This document shows, piece after piece, positions 8,489 through 17,810 of a stretch of 64,000 nt of DNA. The stretch is from Caulobacterales bacterium (GTDB taxonomy: Bacteria; Pseudomonadota; Alphaproteobacteria; Caulobacterales; Aquidulcibacteraceae). Under the pieces are notes generated by a model. That model was not told the DNA's origin, did not search any database, and worked only from the letters and a program-made list of their open reading frames with translations. The position numbers were made by a program, and so were the translations under genes. The stretch covers positions 270 to 64,269 of the forward strand of contig DASZPV010000145.1 of the NCBI GenBank assembly GCA_035549875.1, given 5' to 3'. How positions within the stretch are numbered: position 1 is the stretch's first letter; each line of letters starts with the position of its first letter.

Positions 8489-9417
8489 CACAGCAATATT
8501 GCTTTCTGCGCGTGGATGCGGTTTTCGGCCTCGTCCCACACCGCCGAGGCCGGCCCATCCATGATTTCGTCGGTGACCTCTTCGCCGCGATGGGCCGGCA
8601 GGCAATGCAGGAACACCGCATCGGCCTTCGCGCCGGCCATCAGCGCCTTATTCACCTGGAATTGCGGAAACGCCGCCATGCGTTCGTCTTTATCGGTATC
8701 GCCCATCGACACCCAGCAATCGGTCACCACAACATCGGCGCCGGCGGCGGCCTTGGCCGCTTCGTGCGAGACTTCGATCGAAGCGCCCTGCTTGCGCGCA
8801 GAGTCAATATCCTGCGTGCGCGCGGCGTAATGGGGCGGCGTTGCGATTTTCAATCCGTAGCCGAGTTTCGGCGCGGCGTGGATGAAAGAGGCCAGAACGT
8901 TATTGCCGTCGCCTACCCACGCAATTGTACGGCCCTTCACACTGCCGAGGCGCTCCTCGATCGTCATCAGATCGGCCAGTATCTGGCAGGGATGGGAAAG
9001 ATCGGTGAGGCCATTGATCACCGGCACGTCGGCGGCCGAAGCGAAGGCCAGCACATCATCGTGCCTGTTGGCGCGGATCATCACCGCATCGACCATGCGC
9101 GAAAGTACGCGCGCCGTATCCTCAATCGTTTCGCCGCGGCCGAGTTGGGTGTCGTTTGCATTGAGTGCGAGCGAGCCGCCGCCCAGTTGGCGCATCGCCA
9201 TATCAAAGGAGACGCGCGTGCGCGTGGAATTTTTCTGGAAGATCATCGCCAGCACATGGCCCTCTAGCGGGCGATCGAAATCGGCAGCGCCCTTCGGCAC
9301 GCCGATGCGCGCAGCCTTACGCCTTTTTCCTTCTTCCAGCATGGCGCGCAATTCTTCGCCAGACAGCGCCCACAAGTCGAGGAAGTGGCGCGGCGGGGCG
9401 CCGAGAAACGGCTTCAC
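8470..9417 (-). CDS. argF: ornithine carbamoyltransferase
   Basis: STRTRVSF carbamoyl-phosphate motif, HPCQ, HCLP. GTG start at 9417 overlaps the argD stop (GTGA). The N-terminal 139 aa of the 454-aa ORF are Arg/Gly-rich non-coding-like sequence. Confidence 0.9.
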   Translation of the reverse strand: MKPFLGAPPRHFLDLWALSGEELRAMLEEGKRRKAARIGVPKGAADFDRPLEGHVLAMIFQKNSTRTRVSFDMAMRQLGGGSLALNANDTQLGRGETIEDTARVLSRMVDAVMIRANRHDDVLAFASAADVPVINGLTDLSHPCQILADLMTIEERLGSVKGRTIAWVGDGNNVLASFIHAAPKLGYGLKIATPPHYAARTQDIDSARKQGASIEVSHEAAKAAAGADVVVTDCWVSMGDTDKDERMAAFPQFQVNKALMAGAKADAVFLHCLPAHRGEEVTDEIMDGPASAVWDEAENRIHAQKAILLWCLGKM

Positions 9418-10601
9418 GCCGCGTTCTCCACATCTGTCAACGCCGCATCGATCAGCTCCGCGGCCATCGAGACGTGTTCGGGCTCCAGGATCAGCGGCGG
9501 CGCGAGGCGCAGCACGTTGTCGCCCGCCACGCCGACGAGCAGTTTGCGATTGCGCGCGGCCGCCTGCACGGTTTTCGGATCGACCGTGAGCTTGAGTCCG
9601 CGCAGCAAACCCCTGCCGCGCGTCTCGACGACCGTTTTCGGATGCCGGTCCTTCAACCCTTCCAGCGCCTGCCCGAGATGATTGGACATATCGCGTACGT
9701 GTTCGAGGAATTTGTCCTCGGCGAGAATATCCCATGCCGCATTGCCGACGGCCATCGCCAGCGGATTGCCGCCGTAGGTCGTGCCGTGGACGCCGCGCGT
9801 CATGCCTCTGGCCGCTTCGCGCGTCGAAAGGCACGCGCCGAGCGGAAAGCCGCCGCCGACCGCTTTGGCGATGGTCATCACGTCAGGCGCTACGCCCGAC
9901 CATTCATGGGCGAACAATTTTCCCGTGCGCCCGGCGCCGCATTGAACTTCATCGAAGATCAGCACGGCGCCATGCTCGTCGCACAATTTGCGCATCAGGC
10001 GCAGCGCTTCGTCAGGCACGACTTGCACCCCGCCCTCGCCCTGCACCGGCTCTATAAGGATCGCCGCGGTGGCGGGGCCAACGAGGGCGTTCAGCTTTTC
10101 CCAATCGCCGAATTCGCAATGCACATAGCCGGGCAGATGCGGCCCGAACCCGTCCAGATAGGACGCATTGCCCGAAGCATTGATCGCCGCATAGGAGCGG
10201 CCGTGGAACGAGCCGGAAAAGCCGATGATATCGACCTTTTCCGGATGGCCGCCGACGGCATGATATCTGCGCGCCATTTTCAGCGCGCATTCGATCGCTT
10301 CGGTGCCGGAATTGGTGAAGAACACGACGTCGGCGAAGGTCTTCTCGCAATATTTCGCCGCGAGTTTTTCCTGGCCCTCGATCTTGTACATGTTCGAGAT
10401 GTGCCAGAGCTTTTGCGCCTGCTCGGTGAGCGCGCTCACCAGTTTGGGATGGGCATGGCCCAGGCCGTTCACCGCGATGCCGGCGATGAAATCGAGATAG
10501 CGCTCGCCCTTGTCATCAAACAGCCACACGCCCTCGCCGCGCACGAACACCTGCTCGGGATGCGCGAAGACGTTGAACAGATGGCTTTCAGCAGCGGCCA
10601 T
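9414..10601 (-). CDS. argD: acetylornithine (class III) aminotransferase
   Basis: [11 protein letters not shown] and [14 protein letters not shown] motifs, PLP-Lys context [12 protein letters not shown] at 10601. Confidence 0.9.
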   Translation of the reverse strand: MAAAESHLFNVFAHPEQVFVRGEGVWLFDDKGERYLDFIAGIAVNGLGHAHPKLVSALTEQAQKLWHISNMYKIEGQEKLAAKYCEKTFADVVFFTNSGTEAIECALKMARRYHAVGGHPEKVDIIGFSGSFHGRSYAAINASGNASYLDGFGPHLPGYVHCEFGDWEKLNALVGPATAAILIEPVQGEGGVQVVPDEALRLMRKLCDEHGAVLIFDEVQCGAGRTGKLFAHEWSGVAPDVMTIAKAVGGGFPLGACLSTREAARGMTRGVHGTTYGGNPLAMAVGNAAWDILAEDKFLEHVRDMSNHLGQALEGLKDRHPKTVVETRGRGLLRGLKLTVDPKTVQAAARNRKLLVGVAGDNVLRLAPPLILEPEHVSMAAELIDAALTDVENAA

Positions 10602-10683
10602 GGGCGTTTTCTTTACTCTAGCCCTGAAAAAAGAAGCGCGCCTTTTGAGCCGATGTGACGGGCGCGTCAAGGAAAAGGAACGA

Positions 10684-11490
10684 TCAGCTCTTCACCCGCC
10701 AACCCAGGTGCAGCAGGCGCCAGCACAAAACGCTGAGCGCGAGCGCGCCGATCCCGCAAACGCTGGCGGCGAGGCCGAGATCGAGGTCGGCCGCGCCGAT
10801 GAAGCCGTAGCGAAAACCGTCGATCATCAAATGGACGGGATTGTAATGGCTGATCGTGCGGAACGGCTCCGGCAAGCGATCGACCGAATAGAACGTGCCC
10901 GAAAGAAACGTCAGGGGCGTGATCACGAAATTGGTGATCGCGGCGAGCGCGTCGAACTTCGCCGCCCAGATCCCGCCGATGAGGCCGATGGCGCCGAAAA
11001 TCGTCGCTGACGTGATCGAGAAATAGAGCACCGCCCACCAATGCATCGGCAGCACGTTCGCGAACGGAATGGCCGCGAGCGCTGACGCGAGTCCCACCAG
11101 AAATCCTCGCGCCACCGCGCCGCCTATGAACGCGATGGTGAGTTCGGCGGCCGAAAGCGGCGGGGTCAGAAAGTCGACCATATTGCCCTGCACCTTGGCG
11201 ATGATCAGGGACGAAGAGGAATTCTGGAACGCGTTGGAGATGATCCCCATCATCATCAGGCCAGGCGCCAAAAAATCCGCGTAGGCCACGCCCGGTATGC
11301 CGGAGGACCGCCCGCCCATCGCCAGCGAGAACACCATCATGAACAGCAAAGTGGTCATGACCGGCGCGATCACGGTCTGGGCCCCCACTTTCAGGAACCG
11401 GCCGATCTCCCGCTGCAGCAGAGTCTGCAGGCCGATCCAGTTGACCGCCCCATAGGTGCGCGGCGTGGGGGGCGAAATCGTCGTCGGCAC
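10684..11490 (-). CDS. ABC-2 type transporter permease (YadH/NodJ-like)
   Basis: 268 aa with six predicted TM helices and typical ABC-2 permease sequence. GTG start. No ATPase gene adjacent. Confidence 0.75.
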   Translation of the reverse strand: MPTTISPPTPRTYGAVNWIGLQTLLQREIGRFLKVGAQTVIAPVMTTLLFMMVFSLAMGGRSSGIPGVAYADFLAPGLMMMGIISNAFQNSSSSLIIAKVQGNMVDFLTPPLSAAELTIAFIGGAVARGFLVGLASALAAIPFANVLPMHWWAVLYFSITSATIFGAIGLIGGIWAAKFDALAAITNFVITPLTFLSGTFYSVDRLPEPFRTISHYNPVHLMIDGFRYGFIGAADLDLGLAASVCGIGALALSVLCWRLLHLGWRVKS

Positions 11491-11523
11491 CGGCCTCTCC
11501 GTTAGGGCTGAATTAGCTATTTA

Positions 11524-11701
11524 GAGTCCGCAGGCGGGTTTGCGAGCAGTTAATTTCCAGTCCAAGTCTCTGACGAATCGATGGAATCAGCCAAATCTAG
11601 ACCTAGGGCGATTCGTTCCTGTGGAGCGTAAACACCCCACCTATTGTGTCCCGCCTTGTTTCAGCTACAATCCATAGCGTGCTCGGGAAGCCGAGTGAGT
11701 C
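11524..11701. promoter_or_regulatory. gcrA upstream region with a cluster of five GANTC (CcrM methylation) motifs and a candidate sigma70 promoter
   Basis: GAGTC 11524, GAATC 11575, GAATC 11584, GATTC 11610, GAGTC 11697. Candidate -35 TTGTGT (11644-11649), 16-nt spacer, -10 TACAAT (11666-11671). Confidence 0.5.
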
Positions 11702-11750
11702 GCAGGATTTAGCCGCCGGGCTGGCGGCGTAGGCAAAGGGGCAAAACCTC

Positions 11751-12263
11751 ATGTGGACCGATGAACGTGTCGCCACGCTCCGTAAATTATGGACCGATGG
11801 CCTCTCGGCGAGCCAGATCGCCAAGCAATTGGGCGGCGTCACCCGCAATGCGGTGATCGGCAAAGTGCACCGCCTGGGCCTCGCCGGCCGGGCCACGCCC
11901 TCGCGCCCCGCCAAGCGCATCGTGCGCTCCAGCAACAACCGCCCGCGCCTGCTGGCCGGCGCGCCCTCCCGTCCGCGGACGATCCCCTCGCTCACGCCGC
12001 TGGCCGAACTGCCGCCGCCGCTGGAGCCGATGGCCCAGGCCGACGGCTCGCTCGCCAGCGTGCTGACCGTGACCGACCGGATGTGCCGGTGGCCGATCGG
12101 CGATCCCACCGACACGAAGTTTGCTTTCTGCGGCCGCGAGAGCTGCGACGGTCCCTATTGCAGCGAACACGCGCGCCTCGGCTTCCAGCCGACCCGCCCG
12201 CGCCAGCGCAAGACCAGCAACGGCGAAAGCGACGAACTGCGGAGATTGCTGCGCTACGCGTAA
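11751..12263 (+). CDS. gcrA: cell-cycle transcriptional regulator GcrA
   Basis: MWTDERVATLRKLWTDGLSASQIAKQLGGVTRNAVIGKVHRLGL N-terminus and C-terminal CRWPIGDP...FCG...YCSEHA. Confidence 0.95.
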   Translation: MWTDERVATLRKLWTDGLSASQIAKQLGGVTRNAVIGKVHRLGLAGRATPSRPAKRIVRSSNNRPRLLAGAPSRPRTIPSLTPLAELPPPLEPMAQADGSLASVLTVTDRMCRWPIGDPTDTKFAFCGRESCDGPYCSEHARLGFQPTRPRQRKTSNGESDELRRLLRYA

Positions 12264-12293
12264 GCGCAAAAGCAAAGTCTTGTCAGACGGCAG

Positions 12294-12326
12294 GCGGGGC
12301 GGCTTTCGGGCCGCCCCGTTTTGTTT
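12294..12326 (+). terminator. rho-independent terminator downstream of gcrA
   Basis: Stem GGGGCGGC / GCCGCCCC with a short loop, followed by GTTTTGTTT. Confidence 0.8.
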
Positions 12327-12334
12327 GACCTGGG

Positions 12335-12769
12335 CTAGAGCGTCTTGCGCATGACGATGTGGGGGATGGAGATTTCCTTGAACACGTCGCCTTCCTGGGC
12401 ATAGCCTTTGCGCTCATAGAAACCGACGGCGCTGAGCCGCGCGTGCAACTCGATCTCGGAATAGCCCCGGGTGCGCGCCCAGTCTTCGGCGAACGCCAGC
12501 AGGCGCGCGCCCACGCCCTGGCCCTGCAGGTGCGGCGCCACCGCCATCTGGCGCAGGCGCAACAAGCCTTCGCCTTGCGGATAAAGGCCGACACAGGCGA
12601 CGACCTCGCCGCGGCGCACGGCGGCGAAATGCGTTCCCGTCGGGTCGCGCTCGATCTCGGCGGCGCTGAGCGTCCGGCCGAGCGGCCTGCGCAGCACCTC
12701 GTCGCGCAGGCGCTGTTCGGCGGCATGCAGCGGCGAACCGACTTCGATCTGTTTCAATTCAACGGTCAT
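12335..12769 (-). CDS. GNAT family N-acetyltransferase
   Basis: ATG at 12769. Acetyl-CoA motif RQMAVAPHLQGQGVGARLL and C-terminal FYERKGY. Confidence 0.85.
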   Translation of the reverse strand: MTVELKQIEVGSPLHAAEQRLRDEVLRRPLGRTLSAAEIERDPTGTHFAAVRRGEVVACVGLYPQGEGLLRLRQMAVAPHLQGQGVGARLLAFAEDWARTRGYSEIELHARLSAVGFYERKGYAQEGDVFKEISIPHIVMRKTL

Positions 12770-12959
12770 CTCGCGCCCCACCCACCGCACAAATCGCGCG
12801 TTTGGCCCAACAAATCCAGACGCCTCTCCTGCTTTGAGATTTGGCCGAAGCTCGCGGGAACCGCCCGGCGGCCCCACGGTCCCAGCGCGCGGCAGGCGGA
12901 CGCATGGGGGCGCTGACATGGGCCAACGCCGACAAGCTGTTCGCGAACGCCACGCGCGC

Positions 12960-13955
12960 ATGAACAGGATCGCCGCCGCATTCGCCGGCGGCGTTTTTGC
13001 CTTCATCGCGGCGGGCTGCGCGCGCGCAGAGCCGACGGCGCCGCTGGTGCTGGAACGGACCATTGCGCTCGCCAACGTCGCCGGTCGTATCGATCACCTC
13101 GCGATCGACCCGGCTGGCGCTCATCTGGTCGTTGCCGAACTCGGCAACCATGCGCTCGATGTGATCGATATTGCAGCCGGCAAGGTCACTCACCGCATCG
13201 CGGGTCTGAGCGAGCCGCAGGGCGTGGCGTTCGGCGCCAGCGGCAAGACGATCGCCGTCGCCGAGCGCGGTGACGGCGCGGTGCGCCTGTTCGACCCGCA
13301 AACGTTCGCGGCCATCGGGCAAATTTCGCTCGGCGAGGACGCGGATAATGTGCGGATCGACGCGGCGAGCGGCCATGCGCTGGTCGGCTATGGCGGCGGC
13401 GCGTTGGCGGTGATTGATCTGGTGGCGCGCAAGGTGCTCTCGAAAATCGACCTGCCGGCGCATCCGGAAAGCTTTCAGATCGAGCCCGGCGGCGCGCGCG
13501 CCTTCGTCAACCTGCCCGATGCCCGCACCATAGCAGTGGTCGATCTGGCGCGCGGCGCTATCGCGCAGCAATGGAAACTGCCGAACCTGATGTGGAATTT
13601 CCCGATGGCGCTCGTGCCCGATGGCGCCTTGCTAGCGAGCGTGTTCCGCCTGCCGGCGCGCCTCGTTCTGTTCGACCGCGCGACCGGCGCAGTTACGGCG
13701 TCGCAGCCAACGTGCGGCGATTCCGACGATTTGTTTTTCGACACGGCGGCGCACAGCCTCTATGTCGTCTGCGGCGCGGGCCGGGTTGATGTGTTCATGC
13801 TGACCGGCAACGCGCTCTCGGCGCCCACGCGGGTGCTGACAAGAAGCGGCGCGCGAACAGGCCTGTTTGCGCCCGCGCTGGGGCGCCTCTTCGTCGCGGC
13901 GCCGGCGCGAAATGGCAGAGGCGCTGAAATTCTCGTCCTGAAGCGCGGCGGCTGA
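12960..13955 (+). CDS. secreted YVTN-type beta-propeller repeat protein
   Basis: ATG at 12960. Signal peptide (FAFIAAGCARA). Repeated about 40-residue units (e.g. HLAIDPAGAHLVVAELGNHALDVIDIAAGKV). Confidence 0.65.
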   Translation: MNRIAAAFAGGVFAFIAAGCARAEPTAPLVLERTIALANVAGRIDHLAIDPAGAHLVVAELGNHALDVIDIAAGKVTHRIAGLSEPQGVAFGASGKTIAVAERGDGAVRLFDPQTFAAIGQISLGEDADNVRIDAASGHALVGYGGGALAVIDLVARKVLSKIDLPAHPESFQIEPGGARAFVNLPDARTIAVVDLARGAIAQQWKLPNLMWNFPMALVPDGALLASVFRLPARLVLFDRATGAVTASQPTCGDSDDLFFDTAAHSLYVVCGAGRVDVFMLTGNALSAPTRVLTRSGARTGLFAPALGRLFVAAPARNGRGAEILVLKRGG

Positions 13956-13960
13956 CGCGG

Positions 13961-14656
13961 TCAGCCGTCCAGGTCCAGCGAGTAACCCGCCGAGCGCACA
14001 GTGCGGATCGGATTGCTTTCTTCGCCTTGCACCAGCGCCTTGCGCAAGCGCCCGATGTGGACATCGACCGTGCGGACTTCGACGTAAACGTCCGAGCCCC
14101 AGACGGCGTCGAGTAATTGTTCGCGGCTGAACACGCGGCCCGGATGCTGGATCAAATGGTCGAGCAGTTTGAATTCCGTGGGGCCCAGATGCACGTCGCG
14201 CGCGCCGCGCTTTACGCGGTGGGCGACGCGATCGACGATGATGTCGCCGAAGCGCATTTTATCTTCAGCCAGCGCCGGCCGGATACGGCGCATGACGGCG
14301 CGCAGGCGCGCGAGCAATTCGGCCATCGCGACCGGCTTGGTGATGTAATCGTCCGCGCCGGTATCGAGGCCGCGGATGCGATCGGCTTCGTCGGTGCGGG
14401 CGGTGAGCATCACGATCGGCGTGTTGCGGGTCTCCTGGCGCGCGCGCAGACGCCGGCAGACCTCGATGCCCGGCGCTTTCGGCAGCATCCAATCCAGCAA
14501 GATGAGATCGGGCTTGCGCTCCTCGGCCAGGATCAGCGCCTCTTCGCCGTCGGTGGCGAGGGAAACGGAATAGCCTTCCTTTTCCAGATTATATTTAAGC
14601 GCGGCGCTAAGCGCCTCTTCATCCTCGACAACAAGAACGTGGGCGGAAAGGCTCAC
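13961..14656 (-). CDS. phoB: phosphate regulon response regulator PhoB (OmpR family)
   Basis: Receiver domain (VLVVEDEE..., LILLDWMLP, ITKP) plus winged-helix output. GTG at 14656 overlaps the phoU stop (GTGA). Confidence 0.9.
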   Translation of the reverse strand: MSLSAHVLVVEDEEALSAALKYNLEKEGYSVSLATDGEEALILAEERKPDLILLDWMLPKAPGIEVCRRLRARQETRNTPIVMLTARTDEADRIRGLDTGADDYITKPVAMAELLARLRAVMRRIRPALAEDKMRFGDIIVDRVAHRVKRGARDVHLGPTEFKLLDHLIQHPGRVFSREQLLDAVWGSDVYVEVRTVDVHIGRLRKALVQGEESNPIRTVRSAGYSLDLDG

Positions 14657-15351
14657 ACCGGAGTCCGCTCGGCTTCGTCTGCCTTCGGCCGGTTCACCGG
14701 CATTTCCTCGCCCGTGACCAGGTAGTGAACCGTCTCGGCGATGTTCGTGCAGTGATCGCCGATCCGTTCGATGTTCTTGGCTATGAATAAGAGATGTGCG
14801 CATGGGCCTATCGTCCGCGGATCTTCCATCATGTAGGTGAGCAATTCGCGGAACAGCGAATTGTAGTAGGCGTCGATTTCCTCGTCGCGATACCAGACGC
14901 CGATGCCGAGATCGGCATCGCGCTGGCTGTAGGCGTCGAGCACTTGTTTCAGATGCGAACCGGCAAGGCGCCCCATGCGCTCGATCGAGCGCGTGAGCTG
15001 GACCGGATCGGCCTGGTTGAGCACGAGGGTACGTTTGGAAATGTTTTTGGCGAGATCGCCGATGCGTTCCAGATCGCCGGCGATCTTCCAGACGCTGAGC
15101 GTTTCACGCAGATCGATCGCCACCGGCTGGCGCAGCGCCACCATGCGGGTGACCCGCCGCTCCATATCGCGGTGAGAGGCGTCCACGCGCGGATCGCGTT
15201 CGATCACCGATTGGGCAAGGGCCGTATCGCGCCGCACTACAGCGGTGATGGAATCGTTCACCAGGCTTTCGACCAGGCCGCCCATACGGGCGAGGTCCGT
15301 GCTGAGTGCGTCCAACTCGCTGCCGAAGGATTTTACAGTGTGCTCTGTCAT
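14653..15351 (-). CDS. phoU: phosphate signalling complex protein PhoU
   Basis: 232 aa with two PhoU repeats (DLERIGDLAKNI and NIERIGDHCTNIAE). Confidence 0.95.
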   Translation of the reverse strand: MTEHTVKSFGSELDALSTDLARMGGLVESLVNDSITAVVRRDTALAQSVIERDPRVDASHRDMERRVTRMVALRQPVAIDLRETLSVWKIAGDLERIGDLAKNISKRTLVLNQADPVQLTRSIERMGRLAGSHLKQVLDAYSQRDADLGIGVWYRDEEIDAYYNSLFRELLTYMMEDPRTIGPCAHLLFIAKNIERIGDHCTNIAETVHYLVTGEEMPVNRPKADEAERTPV

Positions 15352-15361
15352 GCCCGAAAGC

Positions 15362-16204
15362 TTAGCCGAAGCGCCCGGTAATGTAATCCTTGGTGCGGGT
15401 ATCGCGCGGATTGGTAAACATCTCTTCGGTCGGGCCGGCCTCGACCAGCGTGCCGAGGTGGAAGAAGGCGGTGCGCTGGGAGACGCGCGCAGCCTGGGCC
15501 ATCGAGTGCGTGACGATGATGATGCAGAATTTCTCGCGCAATTCGTCGATCAGTTCCTCGATCCGCGCGGTGGCGATCGGATCGAGCGCCGAGCACGGCT
15601 CGTCCATCAGAATGATGTCCGGGTTGACCGCCACGCAGCGGGCGATAACCAGACGCTGCTGCTGGCCGCCGGACAGGCCCGCGCCGGAGGCGTGCAGGCG
15701 GTCCTTCACCTCATCCCACAGGCCGGCGCGGCGCAGCGAGGTTTCGACGATCTGATCCATGTCGATCTTGGATTTCGCCAGGGCGTGGATACGCGGCCCG
15801 TAGGCGACGTTCTCATAGATCGATTTCGGAAACGGGTTCGGCTTCTGGAACACCATTCCTACGCGCGAGCGCAGCACGACCGGATCGACCGATTTGTCGT
15901 AGACGTTCTGTCCGTCGATGCCGATCTCGCCGAGCACGCGGCAGCCGACGATGGTGTCATTCATCCGGTTGATGCAGCGCAGGAACGTGGTCTTGCCGCA
16001 ACCGGAGGGACCGATAAAGGCGGTGACGCCGCGATCGGGAATGTCGATCGACACATCGAACAGGGCCTGCTTCTCGCCGTAGAAAACCTTGACGTCGCGG
16101 GCGGCGACTTTCGTCGCGCTGGACGCCAGGGCGCCAGCCTCGACCACGGGCGCGGGCGCGTGCATGGCGAAAGCCTCGGAAGTCTTGTCATCCATGGTCG
16201 GCAT
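15362..16204 (-). CDS. pstB: phosphate ABC transporter ATP-binding protein PstB
   Basis: Walker [10 protein letters not shown], PstB-typical [10 protein letters not shown], signature LSGGQQQRL, Walker B ILMDEP. The start could be 16204 or 16195. Confidence 0.95.
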   Translation of the reverse strand: MPTMDDKTSEAFAMHAPAPVVEAGALASSATKVAARDVKVFYGEKQALFDVSIDIPDRGVTAFIGPSGCGKTTFLRCINRMNDTIVGCRVLGEIGIDGQNVYDKSVDPVVLRSRVGMVFQKPNPFPKSIYENVAYGPRIHALAKSKIDMDQIVETSLRRAGLWDEVKDRLHASGAGLSGGQQQRLVIARCVAVNPDIILMDEPCSALDPIATARIEELIDELREKFCIIIVTHSMAQAARVSQRTAFFHLGTLVEAGPTEEMFTNPRDTRTKDYITGRFG

Positions 16205-16282
16205 GATCCGTATTTCCGGCGGCGCGCGCCCTTGGCGACCGCCCCACGCGTCCGAGCCGGTCAGTACGAGGCTTGTGTGACA

Positions 16283-17668
16283 CTATGATGAAACCGCCGA
16301 GGCCGTCGGGGTCAGCCCTTGGGGCGCTTGGGTTTCAGGTTCCGCGGGGCGCTCCAGATACACCGCGAAGGCCGAGCCTCTTCCCGGTTCGCTCTCCACG
16401 ATGAGACCGCCCCGGTGGCGGTTTACAATATGTTTGACGATGGCCAGTCCGAGCCCCGTGCCGCTCTGCTCGGCGCCCTCGTCCCGCTCGACCCGGAAGA
16501 ACCGCTCCGACAGGCGGGGCAGATAGCGCCGGGCGATGCCCGCGCCGGAATCGGCCACACGCACATAGGCGTAATGCTTCCCGGCCGCCGGCGGCGGCAG
16601 CAGCAGAGAAACCCGGCTGGCGTCTTCCCATTGCCGGCCGGCCTTGGCCGCCGCCTCCTCGCGGTCGTCCCCCAGGCCGACGATCACGTCCACCACGCCG
16701 CCCGGCGGGGAATATTTGATCGCGTTGTCGATCAGGTTCTGGGCCACCTGCGAGAGCTGCGAGCGGTCACCGACGACGACGACCGGCTCGTCGGGCCGCT
16801 GATAGCGCACCTGAACCTTTCGTTCGCCCGCCTGCGGGGCGAGCGTCTCGATCATGTCGCCGACAATCATCGCCAGATCGGCCTGTTCCGACGGCGGCAC
16901 GTGCTCGTTCAGTTCAATCTTCGACAGCGACAGCAGATCGTCGATCAGCTCGCGCATGCGGTTGGCCTGCAGGTGCATCATGCCGAGAAATTTCTGCTGC
17001 GCCGCCGGATCGTCTTTGGCATGACCGGACAGCGTTTCGAGCAGCAACATAATCGCCGCCAGCGGCGTGCGCAGTTCGTGGCTGGCGTTGGCGAGAAAAT
17101 CTGCGCGCATCCGATCGGTATTGATCGCCGAGGTCTGGTCGTGAAACGACATCAGCGCCGCATGCCTGCCGTTGAACGTCACCGGCGCGACGAACACGCG
17201 GAAATGTTCCTCCACCGGGGCGGTGACTTCGTAGTCGACCGCCAGAACGGTCCCGTCGCGGGCGGCCGACTCAACCGCATCCAGCAGTTCGGGCCGGCGC
17301 AGCACCGAGGAAACGCGCAGGCCGGAGGCGGCAAAGCCGAGCATCCGCCGCGCCGCAGCGTTGGCGCTGGCGATCGTTCCGTTTGCGTCCACCAGCAGCG
17401 CTGGATCGGGCATGGCTTCGAGGATGGGGCCCATCTGCTCGTGCTCGGGCTCAACGCGGGGCGGCGGCTCAAGCGCGGGCGCAACCGGCCCGCGGGCAGG
17501 CTTGCGCAAGACCCCCCATCCCAGCGCGCCAACGGCAAGCACACACGCCGCAAACCCGGCCAGCCGGACGCCGGACCAGATCAAATACAGCCCGACAGCC
17601 AAGGCGATCGCCGCAGCGATCATCGCCGGTGGAAATCGTGCGGAAGTCGGGGACGGATCGGTTGGCAA
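16283..17668 (-). CDS. phoR: phosphate regulon sensor histidine kinase PhoR
   Basis: N-terminal TM segments, PAS-like region, H-box SHELRTPL, and N/G boxes (DNAIKYSP, DSGAGI, GTGLGLAIV). TTG at 17668 or ATG at 17623. Confidence 0.9.
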   Translation of the reverse strand: MPTDPSPTSARFPPAMIAAAIALAVGLYLIWSGVRLAGFAACVLAVGALGWGVLRKPARGPVAPALEPPPRVEPEHEQMGPILEAMPDPALLVDANGTIASANAAARRMLGFAASGLRVSSVLRRPELLDAVESAARDGTVLAVDYEVTAPVEEHFRVFVAPVTFNGRHAALMSFHDQTSAINTDRMRADFLANASHELRTPLAAIMLLLETLSGHAKDDPAAQQKFLGMMHLQANRMRELIDDLLSLSKIELNEHVPPSEQADLAMIVGDMIETLAPQAGERKVQVRYQRPDEPVVVVGDRSQLSQVAQNLIDNAIKYSPPGGVVDVIVGLGDDREEAAAKAGRQWEDASRVSLLLPPPAAGKHYAYVRVADSGAGIARRYLPRLSERFFRVERDEGAEQSGTGLGLAIVKHIVNRHRGGLIVESEPGRGSAFAVYLERPAEPETQAPQGLTPTASAVSS

Positions 17669-17810
17669 GGTGCGGATGTCTCCAGCCTTGCCTTAGCCCG
17701 AACGGCGCATGGAGCAAGCCCGGAGCGCCCGGCGCCGCTGAATTGACGCGGCCCGGCCTGTTGCGGGCGTCGGCGCTCGGCTAAGAACACCCGACCTAAA
17801 GGAACCGCCC

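Noticed and set aside
11545-11560. CtrA binding site (TTAA-N7-TTAA) in the gcrA upstream region
   Set aside because: Only a single TTAA half-site (gcagTTAAtttcc) is present, with no second half at N7 spacing.
16205-16282. Possible Pho box upstream of pstB (GTGTCAC on the coding strand)
   Set aside because: Only one half-site-like heptamer is present. The expected second direct repeat at 11-bp spacing is not recognisable.
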